Source: Octopus vulgaris | Lineage: Eukaryota | DNA length: 64,000 nt | Assembly: GCA_951406725.2 (NCBI GenBank) | Contig: OX597842.1 | Coordinates: 28,148,001-28,212,000 of the forward strand | Reading direction: 5' to 3' | Part shown: positions 1-11,921 of the stretch, piece after piece | Position numbering within the stretch: position 1 is the stretch's first letter | How the letters are laid out: each line of letters opens with the position of its first letter | Translations under genes and position numbers: made by a program | The notes under the pieces: generated by a model | Databases searched by the model: none | Seen by the model: only the letters and a program-made list of their open reading frames with translations | Told to the model about the DNA's origin: nothing

Positions 1-225
1 AGTCGATGCGGTAGTGGCTACCGCCACGTTCGGATGGTTTTCTTGTGTGCCACCGGCACTGGTACCACAAAGATACAAGTTCCATTGATGTTCATCTATT
101 TTGATTTGTTTTGATTTGATTTGATTTTCACTTGCCTCAACAGGTCTTCACAAGTGTCACAAGAAGGAAGGTATGCACAGGTGGACTGACTACGTCCCAG
201 GTAGGGGCCACGGGTTATGGCCTGA

Positions 226-3200
226 CTAGTCTTGCCGGGTCTTCTCACGCACAGCATACTTCCATAGGTCTCGGTCTCTAGTCATTTCCTTAGTGAGACC
301 TAAAGTTCGAAGGTCGTGCTTCACAACCTCGTCCCAGGTTTTCCTGGGTCTACCTCTTCCACAGGTTCCCTCAACTGCTAGGGTGTAGCACTTTTGCACA
401 CAACTATCTTCAGCCATTCTCGTCACATGACCATACCAGCGAAGCCGTCTCTCTTGCACACCACAACTGACGCTTCTTAGGTTCAACTTTTCTCTCAAGG
501 TACTTACACTCTGACGATTATGAACACTGACATTACACATCCATCGGAGCATACTGGCTTCATTTCTTGCGAGCTTACGCATATCCTCAGCAGTCACGGC
601 CCATGTTTCACTACCATGTAGCATGGCTGTACGTACACATGCATCATACAGTCTGCCTTTTACTCTGAGTGAGAGGCCTTTTGTCACCAGCAGGGGTAAG
701 AGCTCTCTAAACTTTGCCCAGGCTATTCTTACTCTAGCAGTTACACTTTCAGCACACCCACCCCCACTACTGACTTGGTCACCTAGGTAGCGGAAGCTAT
801 CAACTACTTCTAGTTTGTCTCCCTGGAACGTGGTAGAAGTTGGTCTCTGCACATTTCCAGTGTTTATTGCTCCTGAGCATCTGCCACAGACAAAAACTAT
901 TTTCCTAGTTAGCCTTCCTTTGACATTGCTGCACCTCTTATGTGTTCATAGCTTACACTTGGTGCACCTTATAGAGTTTCTACCTACACCTTTTTTACAG
1001 ATCGAGCAGGGCCATCTACCTGAAGTCGTTTGTGATTGGTCTACCTTCCTACTTATTAGGACTTTGGTTTTGGCTAGGTTGATTCTAAGGCCCTTCGATT
1101 CTAATCCTTGTTTCCACACCTGAAACTTCTCCTCCAGTTCTGATAGTGACTCAGCAATTAGAGCAAGGTCATCAGCATAGAGGAGCTCCCAGGGGCATCC
1201 TGTCTTGAATTCCTCCGTTATTGCTTGGAGGACTATGATAAATAGGAGGGGACTGAGGACTGAACCTTGGTGGACCTCAACCTCTACCCTGAATTCTTCA
1301 CTGTACTCGTTGCCAACCCTTACCTTACTAGCAGCGTCTCTGTACATGGCTTGCACAGCTCTCACTAACCATTCATCTATCCCTAGTTTCCTCATTAACC
1401 ACCAGATAAGGGATCGGGGGACCCTGTCAAAGGCTTTCTCCAAGTCAACAAAAGCCAGGTACAAGGGCTTATCTTTGGCTAGGTATTTCTCCTGCAGCTG
1501 TCTTACCAGGAATATAGCATCAGTAGTACTTTTCCCTGGCACGAACCCAAACTGCATCTGATCTAGGCTAACTCTCTCTCTAATTAATTGGGCTATAACC
1601 CTCTCCGTAACCTTCATTACCTGATCCAGCAGCTTGATGCCCCTGTAGTTATTTGTATCTAGGGCGTCGTCTTTACCTTTGTAGCAGTTGACTATTATGC
1701 TGCTACACCAGTCATTGGGTATGACTCCTTCGTGTATCACCTGGTTAACTATACGGGTGACTAAGCTATAGCCGACACTACCAGATATTTTGAGCATCTC
1801 TGCAGTAATTCCTGATGGGCCTGTGGCTTTCCCTGTTTTCATGCTTCTAATTGCCTTATCTACTAAGGAACTGTTAACTTGGATTACTGGCCCCTCTGTT
1901 GGGTCGACATTCGGCAGACTCTCTTTATCCCATTCATTTTCCTCGTTCAGCAACCTTTCATAGTGGCGTCTCCAAGCATCTCTCTTTGCATCCTCATTTA
2001 GCGCAAGTGAACCGTCATCCTTGCGAACACATTTCTCTCCTACCACGTCACGATTCTCTCTCACACACTGTCTTACAACACGAAATACCTCAAGTCTTTC
2101 ATTCTCACGGCGCAGGACATTGGCAAATTTTTCCTTATCTGCCTCCCCTCTGGCTAGATAGACCTGTCTCCTAGCTTCCCTTCTGGCAGTCTGATACACT
2201 TCCCTGCTACCACCGTTCTTCCAGGCCTTCCAAGCCTGTTTCTTTTGTCTAATAGCCCTGTCAACAATATTGTTCCACCACCACGTTACTTTGGGTCTTA
2301 AGGGGACTTTGCACCAGCCACAGATCTGGTCAGTGGCTTTCAGCAGGTTGTCCCTCAGAAGCGTCCAGTTGTCTTCTACCCCCTGCGTAGCTATACCCCC
2401 TTCCATTTCGTCAAAGGCTTCAAGTAACATGTCTCTAAATCTCTGTCCATTCGCAGGGTCTTTAAGCATCCAGACCCTTCTTCTCCATGTTGGTCGTCTT
2501 CTAGTCGCCCTCTTAGTCCTGATCCTAAAGTCACTAACTACCAGTCTATGTTGTGGGGTGCATTCTTCGCCTGGGAAGGTTTTGGCATTTATAAGCAGCC
2601 ATCTTTCCCTTTTTCTGGCAAGGATGTAGTCGATTTGGCTAGTATGCCGGCCCGATCGGTAGGTGACCAGGTGGCTTGTCGGTTTCCTGAAGTTAGTGTT
2701 GCAAACCATAAGACTATTCGCATCGCAGAACTCCAGCAGCCTGGTTCCCTCCTCGTTGCGGGAACCATAACCGTAGCCTCCATGCACGCCATGGAAGCCC
2801 CCAGCACATCGTCCAACATGCCCATTGAAGTCACCAGCCACAAAGAGAAGGTCCCTGTCGCTCGTCAATGATGTGGTATGCAGTAGGGTGTCATAGAAAC
2901 AGTCTTTCTGTCCATCATGTAGCCCTGGCTGAGGGGCATAGGCCGATATAATAGTTGCTAAACTATGATGGAGCACTAATCTAATCTTAATTATTCTGTC
3001 ACATACTCTGATTACCTCGATTACCTTATCTACCCATTTTTCGGCGATAAGCATGTCCACACCCCCGACCCCGTCAGTATTCCCAGCCCAGAAAATCTTG
3101 TACCTCTGTCCTTTACCTGTGAGGAACCTAGCAGAACATCCTCTCCACCTCACTTCTTGAATGCAGCATATATCAACACACCTCCGTTCAAGCAATTCAA

Positions 3201-3393
3201 CGATCTCGCCAGATCTGCCTTTTAGTGTGCCAACATTGAGGGTGCCAACCCTGAGGGTGGGGGTGGTATTGGCCCTAGTAGCGTCATGGACCTGAAAAGA
3301 AAACTCGCGTTTGGCAGGATTCATAGACAAACAATAGAACTTAAGTTCAAACCGCGTACACAATACTAAACATATCTTGCAATGAATGACCAC
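226..3393 (-). pseudogene. RTE ORF: APE endonuclease - RT - PHD-type finger - C-terminal domain, interrupted by one in-frame TGA (946-948)
   Basis: ORFs 946..3393 and 226..852 are in the same frame, 31 codons apart. Motifs: TLNVGTL, CIQE, GDFNGH, IDYIL (APE); FVDLEKAFD, HQGSVLSP, LYADD, FRYLG (RT). The stop corresponds to TGG in the copy at 49946. Confidence 0.92.
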
Positions 3394-3503
3394 TACTTTT
3401 TATGGTAGGGGGTGAGGGTGGCGTAAGACTTGAAGTGTATCTTGCAATGAATGACCACTACTTTTTATGGTAGGGGGTGAGGGTGGCGTAAGACTTTGAA
3501 GTG
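3373..3503. repeat. 65-bp direct tandem duplication in the RTE 5' region
   Basis: tatcttgcaatgaatgaccactac...gacttgaagtg occurs at 3373-3437 and again at 3438-3503. Confidence 0.9.
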
Positions 3504-4064
3504 TACAAGGGAGACAAGGATGAGAAAATTTAGGACTTCCTGTACCGGTGGTGGTTTTGCACCGCGAAACCCGGCAGCCATTCCTTTTTTAGGAGAGAAA
3601 TATTTATTAGTAGGTATAAATACCTAAATTTTGCCTAATCTATGGGAGAAGCGTGAGCGATAAAGAGCTATAAATTATAAATACATTTATTCTATATCTA
3701 CGAGGCGTGAGACTGATCGATAAAATTAGAGGCAAGCTATAAGATTAAATATATATTTAATACAAGACATGAGACAACGATATATATATATATAAGTATT
3801 GACATGATCCAGAGACAAGCCAGGACAAGCTATCAAGTGCCAACGTGGGTCACAGTCTGAATGTGGGGGTATTATGGTCCCATGCGCAATCTGTTGTGTC
3901 TGGGGAGGGTCATTCTCTTTTAGTACCTTATTATTTAACACACTCACCGGTAAAATTTCCACTTATTTCTTATTTTTATTTTCCTAAAATTTTCGTTGCG
4001 TCTTGCAACCTTTTCAATAGTTTTGACTCTGTCCCTTATTTACACTGCGTTCCCTTTTGTTTGT

Positions 4065-4305
4065 TTGTGCGCATGTGTGTGGGTCAGTGTGTGTGTGTGT
4101 GTGTGTGCCTATACATGTACGTATGTGTGTGTGTGTTTGCATGTGTATATATGTGTGTGCATGCATATGTGTATGTGTGTGCATCTGTATGTACGTATCC
4201 TGCATATTTATGTGCTTGCCCGTCTGTGTTTGTGTATTTTCTATGTATGCGTGTGTGAGCGTGTGTTTGTATATGTATGCACCTCTGTCTCCTTGTGTGT
4301 GCATA

Positions 4306-4347
<42 letters not shown>

Positions 4348-4430
4348 GTAACGATGTACCATATTTGTATGTAAGGATGTGCATCTTTATATGTGTGGAT
4401 CCGTGTCTCCATATGTGTCTGTTCTTGTAA
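4065..4430. repeat. Degenerate (TG)n/(TATG)n microsatellite
   Basis: Direct sequence composition. Confidence 0.95.
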
Positions 4431-4669
4431 CCTATGTACCTATCCGTCTGAAATGGTTTTTAAAGAAATATTTCCAGGGTTTTCAAATGCAAAGAACACT
4501 TTCCCCTTTTCTCTGCGACTCTGTCTCTCTTTTTTGAACTGTTGTGGGTTGTAGAGGCGTGTTTGAAGTTACACAGTATAAACATGGACATCTTCCAAAC
4601 ACATACGCACACACGCATGCTCACACATACACATACACACGCACTCACACATTTTTTAAAATCTTTTTT

Positions 4670-5110
4670 CTTGATTCTGTCGTTTCGCTGCGGCCATGCT
4701 GGGGCAGCGCTTTGAAGAATTTTCGTCGATAGAATTGACACCATTGATAATTCATATTTCTTGTTCATCCTGGGACTTATTCTATCCATCTATTTCGCTG
4801 AACCTCTCAGTTACAGGTATATAAATATACCAAAACAGGCTGTCAAACGGTTTGGGGGACAAACACAGACACACAAATAAATGTTGCTTCCATCCACGAA
4901 ATCGTGGCCTGAACAGGTAAATAGCTTCACGAGTGTTTCTCCCCCGGCACAAAACCAAACTGCATCTCATCAAGGCTGACTCTCTTCCACTCACAAGATT
5001 TTGCTCAGCCCAAGGCTATATCAGAAGACATTTGTCCAAGGTGCCATGCAGTGGGACTGAAACCAAGACCACAGAGTTGCGAAGCTAGATTCTTAACCAC
5101 GTTGCTATGA
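4670..5110 (-). mobile_element. Cephalopod-type tRNA-derived SINE fragments
   Basis: gctgcggccatgctggggcagcgc and ccaaggtgccatgcagtgggactgaaacc segments resemble antisense octopus SINE sequence. Recognised by eye. Confidence 0.55.
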
Positions 5111-5219
5111 CTACCATTGCTGAAAATGAATTTCAGAGACAAATTTATAGAACAATTTTATAAAATTCTTCCCTTTACAGGCTAAAGAGATTTCTCCTTA
5201 CCATATTCATAACGAGAGA

Positions 5220-5757
5220 TAGACGAAAGGAATTTTTCATGGGGACTTTATCATTAAATTCTAAAACTGGAGAAATAAGCTGAACGGGATTCCAAGATAT
5301 TCATCATTACACCATGAAATGTGGATCATAAAAATAACAAAGACATTATGAAAATGTCAATTAAGCAGAGAGAAATTCCAAAAGTATAATATATACCCAG
5401 GTTCTCAGGTTGTCACAGCGCTGCCTATATAATAGAACAAATCTATTATTATAGATATATATATATTTGTGTGTGTGTGTGTGTGTGTGTCTTTGTGTCT
5501 GTGTTTGTCCATCCACCCCACTTGACCACCAGTGTTGCTGTGTTTACATCGTCATAACATAGCTGTTCCCCTCATAGAAACCGATAGAATATCTACCAGT
5601 TTTAAAGACGATAAAGAAATGAAGTTCTGGGTACGGGTATAAAATGGACAATGAGAAAATAAGCCATCTATTGTGTATGGATGACTTAAAACTCTTAGGC
5701 AAAGACAAGAATGAGCTTGAAGGCCTATTACATACCATGAAAGCATTCAGTGATGAC
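5220..5757 (+). mobile_element. Fragmented non-LTR RT, R4/Dong-like, interrupted by microsatellite and SINE sequence
   Basis: KGIFHGD near 5226, then SGYGYKMDNEKISHLLCMDDLKLLGKDKNELEGLLHTMKAFSDD at 5626-5757 (HLLYMDDLKL-type motif). Confidence 0.65.
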
Positions 5758-6665
5758 TGAGAGAGAGAGAGAGGGGGAGAGAGAGAGAGAGAAAGAGGGA
5801 GAGAGAGTGAGAAAGAGAGAGAGAGGGAGAGAGACAGAGGGAGGGAGGGAGGGAGAGAGAGAGAGAGGAGACAGGGGAAGAGAGAGCGGGGGGAAGGAGA
5901 GAGGGGGAGGGAGAGGGAGACAGGTGGAGGGAGAAAGAGGGAGAAAGAGAGAGGGAAGAAGAGAGAGAGGGAGAGTTTATGTATGTGCGTATGTGTGTAT
6001 GTATGTATGTATATATGTGTGTATGTATGTGTGTGTATGTATGTATGTACGTATGTATGTATGTATGTATGTATTATGTGTGTATGTATGTGTGTATGTA
6101 TGTATGTATGTGTGTGTATGTATTTATGTGTGTATGTATGTATGTATGTATGTATGTATATATGTATGTGTGTATGTATGTATGTATGTGTGTATGTATG
6201 TGTGTATGTATGTGTGTGTGTATGTATGTATGTATGTATATATGTATGTGTGTATTTATGTGTGTATGTATGTGTGTATGTATGTATGTATGTATATATG
6301 TATGTGTGTATGTGTGTATGTATGTGTGTATGTATGTATGTATGTATGTATGTATGTGTGTATGTATTTATTTGTGTATGTATGTGTGTATGTATGTATG
6401 TATGTATATGTGTGTGTATGTATGTGAGTATGTATGTATTTATGTGTGTATGTATTTATGTATGTATCTATGTATGTATGCGTGTATGTATGTATATATG
6501 TATGTATGTATGTAAGGTATGTATTTGTGTATGTATGTATGTGTGTGTATGTATGTATGTATGTGTGTATGTATTTAAATATGTATGTATATATATATGC
6601 ATGTGTATGTATCTATGTATGTATGTATGGCTTCAGTGACACACACACACACACACACACACACC
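5757..6665. repeat. (GA)-rich tract followed by long (TATG/TGTA)n and (CA)n microsatellites
   Basis: Direct sequence composition. Confidence 0.97.
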
Positions 6666-7071
6666 ATCGGCACGCCAACTTCAAAAGAACTTCCCCAATC
6701 CAACCGCGCCCTCTCTGTCTCTTTTGCTTCTATACCTATTATCGGATTTTGTTGGGGACCCTTTATGGTAAAGAAGTGGATGGGGAAAACGTGGGTAGGG
6801 GTTGATGTGCTAGCAACCATCTCCCTTCATTGTTTCACAAAGTAAACAACACCACAAATAACTACGCAGGGGCAGCCATGGTTGGAACAAGAGCAGCAAG
6901 CATTGTTAAAGGAGAAAAGAAGCATGGTCATTCCTTACCCAATTGATATTCTCTTATCGTCCATCACTTGTTCTGCGCTCATAAATGAGTTTCGTGTCCA
7001 TCGTAGACGTTGCTTCCTAATCAACGGTTCGTCTTCCTCCAACCTTGCCATGTCAGTCGATTCCTTTATTA

Positions 7072-7740
7072 AATAATAATAATAATAATAATGAAGTTAT
7101 TGTATACAGTGCTCAGGTGCCCCACAACTTGTCAAAAACTGCGTATAAAGCATCTGCCTGGGGAGTGAACAGTGTATGAGTCAGATAGATGCTTGCTTGT
7201 GTGTATGGAGGGGAGAAAGCTCAGGTGTGGTGTTGGAGAATCTCAGGAAGCATGGAAGTTTTCAAGGATGCAGTGATCCGACAACCAACAACTGATGCCG
7301 GCAGTTTGTTCCATGCTTCAGCAAGTCTCAGCTTGGAAAAATGTTTGGGAAAGCCATGGAAGGAGCGCTGCTGTTTTCTGACTTTGTAAACATGTGGACG
7401 GGTGTGAGACGGGTGGAGTTTGAAAAGGTGGTCAGAGTTATTGTTTGTAAGAGGGTTAATAATTGTCTGGGTGTCTGCCAAGTCAGCTGCCAGACGTCGG
7501 AGTTTGAATGTGTCGATGGCCAGGGAAGAAGTAAGGCGTTAGAGAATATGGCAAATGCCTGATGGAGGCTATTCTCTTGGTTGCAGGGCTTGCTTGCAGA
7601 CGATTAATATGGTGGGCAAGATAGGGGTTGCAGACGGGTGATGCAAATTGCAGGTGAGGCCGCAGGTAGATGGCCGGAGAGCGGCTGACGAAGGACTTGG
7701 TGAGTGATGCCAAGACACCGTCGGCCTTCTTGGCAATTTT
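7072..7740 (-). mobile_element. CR1-like LINE 3' fragment with (ATT)n tail
   Basis: LRPHLQFASPVCNPYL...ATKRIASIRHLPYS and RLAEAWNKLP motifs. Same family as 15525-15922. Confidence 0.8.
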
Positions 7741-7949
7741 AGCAGGGAACGATAGGAGGGCAGAGAAAAGAAACATTGGAGGGGGGAGCTGAGGGGATGG
7801 ACGAAGGAGAGGAAACCTGTGAAGAAACAAACAATGAAAATATATACAATTAAATGAGAATGAGTGATTTAGAGGAGAAATGAATGGGATGAGGATGAGG
7901 AGGAGGCGGATGAGGATGGTCGACCCCACAAACCACACACTCACACTCA

Positions 7950-8160
7950 GCCCTTTTTATATTCTCCCTTTTTCACACTCAGCCCTTTAAACATTCTCCT
8001 TTCACTGGCAACATACTTGCTATAGGCTTGCCTTTCACGAAACACACTTTGCCACAGGCATTTCTTCTCCACCCTTCTTTCCCCTTTCATCTCCAAAATA
8101 CTCTCAACCCCATCCAACACCTTTCTCACTTTGCAAGCAGCAGACGACACTTCATTCACC
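7950..8160 (-). mobile_element. Short degenerate 3' fragment of a Tx1/L1 element
   Basis: MKGERRVEKKCLWQSVFRER resembles the ORF2 C-terminus MKRKIRLEKKCLSQSVFRKR at 44.5 kb. Confidence 0.55.
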
Positions 8161-8209
8161 AAAGCGCATGCGTCAACTCACCCAACTCCTTCACTAAATA
8201 CATCCCCCC

Positions 8210-9075
8210 ACCTCTCTCTCTCTCTATGTCTGTCTCTCTCTCTTCTCTCTCCCATTTCCCCTTTTATTCTCTTACCCTCTCTCTCTCTCTTTGTCTGTCT
8301 CTCTCTCTCTCTTCTCTCTCCCATTTCCCCTTTTATTCTCTCACCCTCTCTTTGTATTTACTCCTCTCCCTCTTATTCTCTTACCGTCTCTCACTGTGTG
8401 TTTCCCCTCTCTCTCTCACCCTTCTCCTCCTCACACTGTATTTTTCTCTTTGTATTTCCCCCTCTCCCATTCTTCCTCATATTCTCTCACCCTCTCCCAC
8501 ACTCTGTATTTTCTTTCTCTCTCTTATTCTATCACCCTCTCACCCTCTTTGTATTTCCCTTCTCTCTCTTATTCTATCACCCTCTCCCACTCTCTGTATT
8601 TCCCTCTCTCTCTCTCACATTCTATTTATGCTCTCTCACCCTTTTTCCTCCTCACACTGTATTTTTCTGTCTGTATTTCCCCTTCTCCCTTTTATTCTAT
8701 TACACTCTCTCACTGTGTGTTCCCCTCTCTCTCTTTCCCATTTTCCATTCTCTCACCCTCTCTCCCTCTGACACTATTTTTCTGTCTGTATTTCCCCTTC
8801 TCCCTCTTATTCTTTCATCCTCTCTCACTCTCTGTCTTCCACCCTTTCTCTTGCATTCTTCTAACGCTCTCTTACCATCTCACTCTCTCACCCTTTCTCC
8901 TCCTCACACTGTATTATTCCATCTGTATTTCCCCCCTCTCCAATTATCTCTTACTCTCTCACCCTGAATCTCTCTTTGCATTTTCCCCTCTCCCATTCTC
9001 TCTCTTATTCTCTCTCTCTCGCATTCTCCTTATTCTCTCTCACCCTCTCTCCCTCTGACACCGTATTTTTCTCTC
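8210..9075. repeat. CT-rich low-complexity/minisatellite tract
   Basis: Repeating ctctcaccctctc...ctgtatttccc units. Paralogous tract at 44865-45200. Confidence 0.9.
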
Positions 9076-9932
9076 CCCGTCTTGGGTGGGCGACACGGGT
9101 GGAACGGAGGTTTTTGGAAATTTTGTCTTTTTAATTTTCGCTTTTAAAATGCGTCCTTCCTTTCTCTTTGATTTCCAAATAAGCTTTTTTAAATACTTCG
9201 AAATCAAAACTGGGCGCAGCCGTACCTTAAATAAGCAGTCTATTCACCTGCTAGAAATAGCAGCCAAATCTCACACAAACTCTTTTTCGCACATTTTTTT
9301 CTATTTGTAAATTTTTATTTTTTCCATAATCGGTTCATAGAATCCGATTATATCGCATTATTATTTCTATTTTTGTAAAAAGCTATTCGTAGGGGTTGGG
9401 ATGAGTTTCCACAAAAATCCCAAACTGGTCGGATTTGTTTCTTGGAGATAAAATTTCAGAGAAATTTCCCGCGGTAACCCCCCCCAAAAAAAAAACAGGT
9501 ATTATATATACTGTGTGGCAAAAAGGGAAAATAAAGGGTTCGTTTTATTAATAGATTTCATTGATTGGTTGAAATTGCAGAAATTGAAGAAAAAAACCCA
9601 AAAAATATCGGATCTTACAAACTATAGAATTTTCTCAAGAAAGCCAAGAGAAAAAGATGTTTTATAAACACATTCTACCAGTATATGGTGTTTTCTGTCT
9701 CCCCCCCTCAGCCTCACATTTTCCCCTTTACGTATTTAATAGACAAAACAGATCATTAGTTTGGTGTGTGTTAGAAAGGAAATATTTCTGCTTAAAACTT
9801 AAACCACTCTCTTAAGAATCGCAAAACAAGTCTGTCGAAGGCAAGACCCACCTTTACAGGCGGCCCAGGTGTGGCTGTTTGCTAAGAAACTCGCTTCCCT
9901 TGTGCCTGGAGCCGGGCCACATCAAAAAGAAC

Positions 9933-10352
9933 TGGGATCTTTTCGGTTTGAACGCCAGTTTTTCCTAGCGAGGTCATATGAAATTGTCACCCATAATCAT
10001 GACCCTAGTATCGATCTATTGCATTTCAATCTGTTTTAGGGTTAGGGTTAGGGTGGGGGAAGGGTATCTTTTTTTCTTCACAAATGTAAATAAGCCCAAT
10101 CTGTTTCTTAAACGAGGGACATATTCATACGGCACAGAATGTTTTTTTTACCTCAATAGACTTCATTGATTGGTTGAAATTGCAGAAATTGAAGAAAAAA
10201 ACAACAAATATCTTACAAACTATAGAATTTTCTGAAGAAAGCCAAGAGAAAAAGATGTTTTATAAACACATTCTACCAGTTTATGAAGTTTAAAAGTGTT
10301 TAGTTACGTGGAAATCATTTTAAAAAACTGCCGTTCAAACGGAAAAGATCCC
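9933..10352. mobile_element. Non-autonomous TIR element (MITE) with short TTAGGG run
   Basis: Termini gggatcttttcggtttgaacg ... cgttcaaacggaaaagatccc are inverted repeats. Related to the 17028-18426 element. Confidence 0.75.
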
Positions 10353-10604
10353 CATCTAGCCCTGTCATATTGTGTATGTTATGCTGAATCTCCCTGTGAA
10401 CTACATTAAGGGTATGTGTGTCTGTGGAGTACTCAGCCACTTGTGCATTAATTTCACGAGCAGGCTGTTCCATTGATCAGATCAAAAGAAACAAATGTTG
10501 TCATAACCGGCCGAGTGCTCCTAATGTGCTTTTGTCTGACCCATGCAAGCATGGAAAAAGAGATGTTAAAACGATGATGATGATTAGAAAAATAACCCTG
10601 AAAT

Positions 10605-10990
10605 ATTTCCTCAGGAAAATCTTTCCCACACAAGTTTCGATGTTAAGCGAGAAGGGTGGAGCAAACCAAACGACATTTCTGCGGCGCTTCCTTTCCTGGT
10701 GTCAGGGCCTGGCATGTAGGAGAGGCAGTCCTTAAATCCACTCCATGCCAGTGCCTCGTTGTAGAAGGGGGCAGCAGCGTCAAAGATATCTTGGTTCGAG
10801 GACAGATTCGAGATCCTCTTGCTTACACCTCTCACTAGGTTCTTGAAAAATATAGGGCTGGTGCCAGTTCTAATGCAAGACATTCTCTGGTTTGGCTTGT
10901 GATAAAGCTTGTGTCTACCAGAGCACAGATCGAAAGTAACATGGAAGAAAGTTACTGTGAGGAGTTTAGTCTTGTGTTGAGGTCCAGAAG
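10605..10990 (-). mobile_element. Penelope-like element fragment (RT C-terminal/thumb region)
   Basis: HVTFDL..YHKPN..KNLVRGVSKRISNLSSNQDIFDAAAPFYNEALAWSG matches PLE RT C-terminal motifs. Copy at 46110-46500. Confidence 0.75.
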
Positions 10991-11565
10991 GCAAGTTGCT
11001 GAAATGGGAAACTAACGAATTGTGGTTCTAATCGTTCTGCACATTTATCAGTGTGATAACTGAGGTATATTCGGCGATATTGTGGGGAGGAAATTTGTTG
11101 TTTGTGGACCATACAGCTCTTTTGGATTAAAATTCCTCTCGAATCAATTTAGTTTCGAAGGCAGCCCAAGCATCTGATTATGTAAATGAGGTTTTGGGGT
11201 GTGCAAGGGACGTTGGATTTGATTTTGAATATTTGCCCTTGTCTGAAATGGAATTCCGATCCTTCTAAAAGATTTTCTGCAAATAGGTGAACCACACTTT
11301 ACAACTCTTGCATCTGTTGTTCTAGGGAATAGTTTGGCATCGGTGAGAATCTTCAACAAGTAAGACTGAATAAAGAAGACTCATTTATCCCCAAATACAG
11401 ACCAAATAAATAAATATGAACCCATATTAAAAATAAAGGACTTACCCCATCTAATGTAGGGCATAAGCCAGAAAAAAATAGAGAGAACAAATAAAAATTT
11501 ACAGATTTACCTCCCCTTAACTGTAAAATATATGAATGAACAATTATCTCCACTTGCCGAATATA

Positions 11566-11860
11566 TTTTTTTTCAACTCTCAGTTTGATAAGCAACTCGA
11601 AACCGGTCCTTCAATTATTTTGAAAGGACAAAACCTTATTTTGTACAAAATTATATATCTTCTTTTTTTTCAACTCTCAGTTTGATAAGCAACTCGAAAC
11701 CGGTCCTTCAATTATTTTGAAAGGACAAAACCTTATTTTGTACAAAATTATATATCTTTTTTTTTCAACTCTCAGTTTGATAAGCAACTCGAAACCGGTC
11801 CTTCAATTATTTTGAAAGGACAAAACCTTATTTTGTACAAAATTACATATCTTTTTTTTC
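11566..11860 (+). repeat. ~95-bp tandem repeat x3, each with a hammerhead-like core
   Basis: Unit caactctcagtttgataagcaactcgaaaccggtccttcaattattttgaaaggacaaaacc... occurs three times. Confidence 0.92.
11585..11608 (+). ncRNA. Candidate minimal type I hammerhead ribozyme core (U3-A8 variant)
   Basis: TTGATAA-G-caact-C-GAAA-CCG-GTC, compared with consensus CUGAnGA-stemII-GAAA-stemIII-UH. Proximal stem I is poorly paired. Confidence 0.45.
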
Positions 11861-11921
11861 CATGGCTCTAATATACCCCTAAATCCTGTGAAACAAATCT
11901 TCTGATTTTTTCATCTTTTCT

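Larger units (their letters stand above)
1..3503 (-). mobile_element. Near full-length RTE-clade LINE (3' UTR runs off the window start)
   Basis: Single long ORF with APE endonuclease and RT. The C-terminal GRGRPRKTW motif is typical of RTE/BovB. 3' parts recur at 11.9, 13.6, 20.6, 48.6 and 55.1 kb. Confidence 0.93.
10990..11860. mobile_element. Penelope-like element 3' end: inverted GIY-YIG region (-), ORF terminus (+), and tandem 3' repeats
   Basis: Minus-strand VKCGSPIC plus frameshifted FKIK/QNLIY-like segment. Plus-strand QQVRLNKEDSFIPKYRPNK* starts at 11354 and is followed by the repeat array. Confidence 0.6.

Noticed and set aside
815-2871. Plus-strand ORFs overlapping the RTE (and minus-strand ORFs within Tx1 ORF2)
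   Set aside because: Antisense shadows of retrotransposon coding sequence with no independent motifs.
6665-7070. Non-repetitive-looking island between microsatellite and CR1
   Set aside because: No convincing motif or splice-bounded ORF found. Probably decayed transposon sequence, but unassignable by eye.
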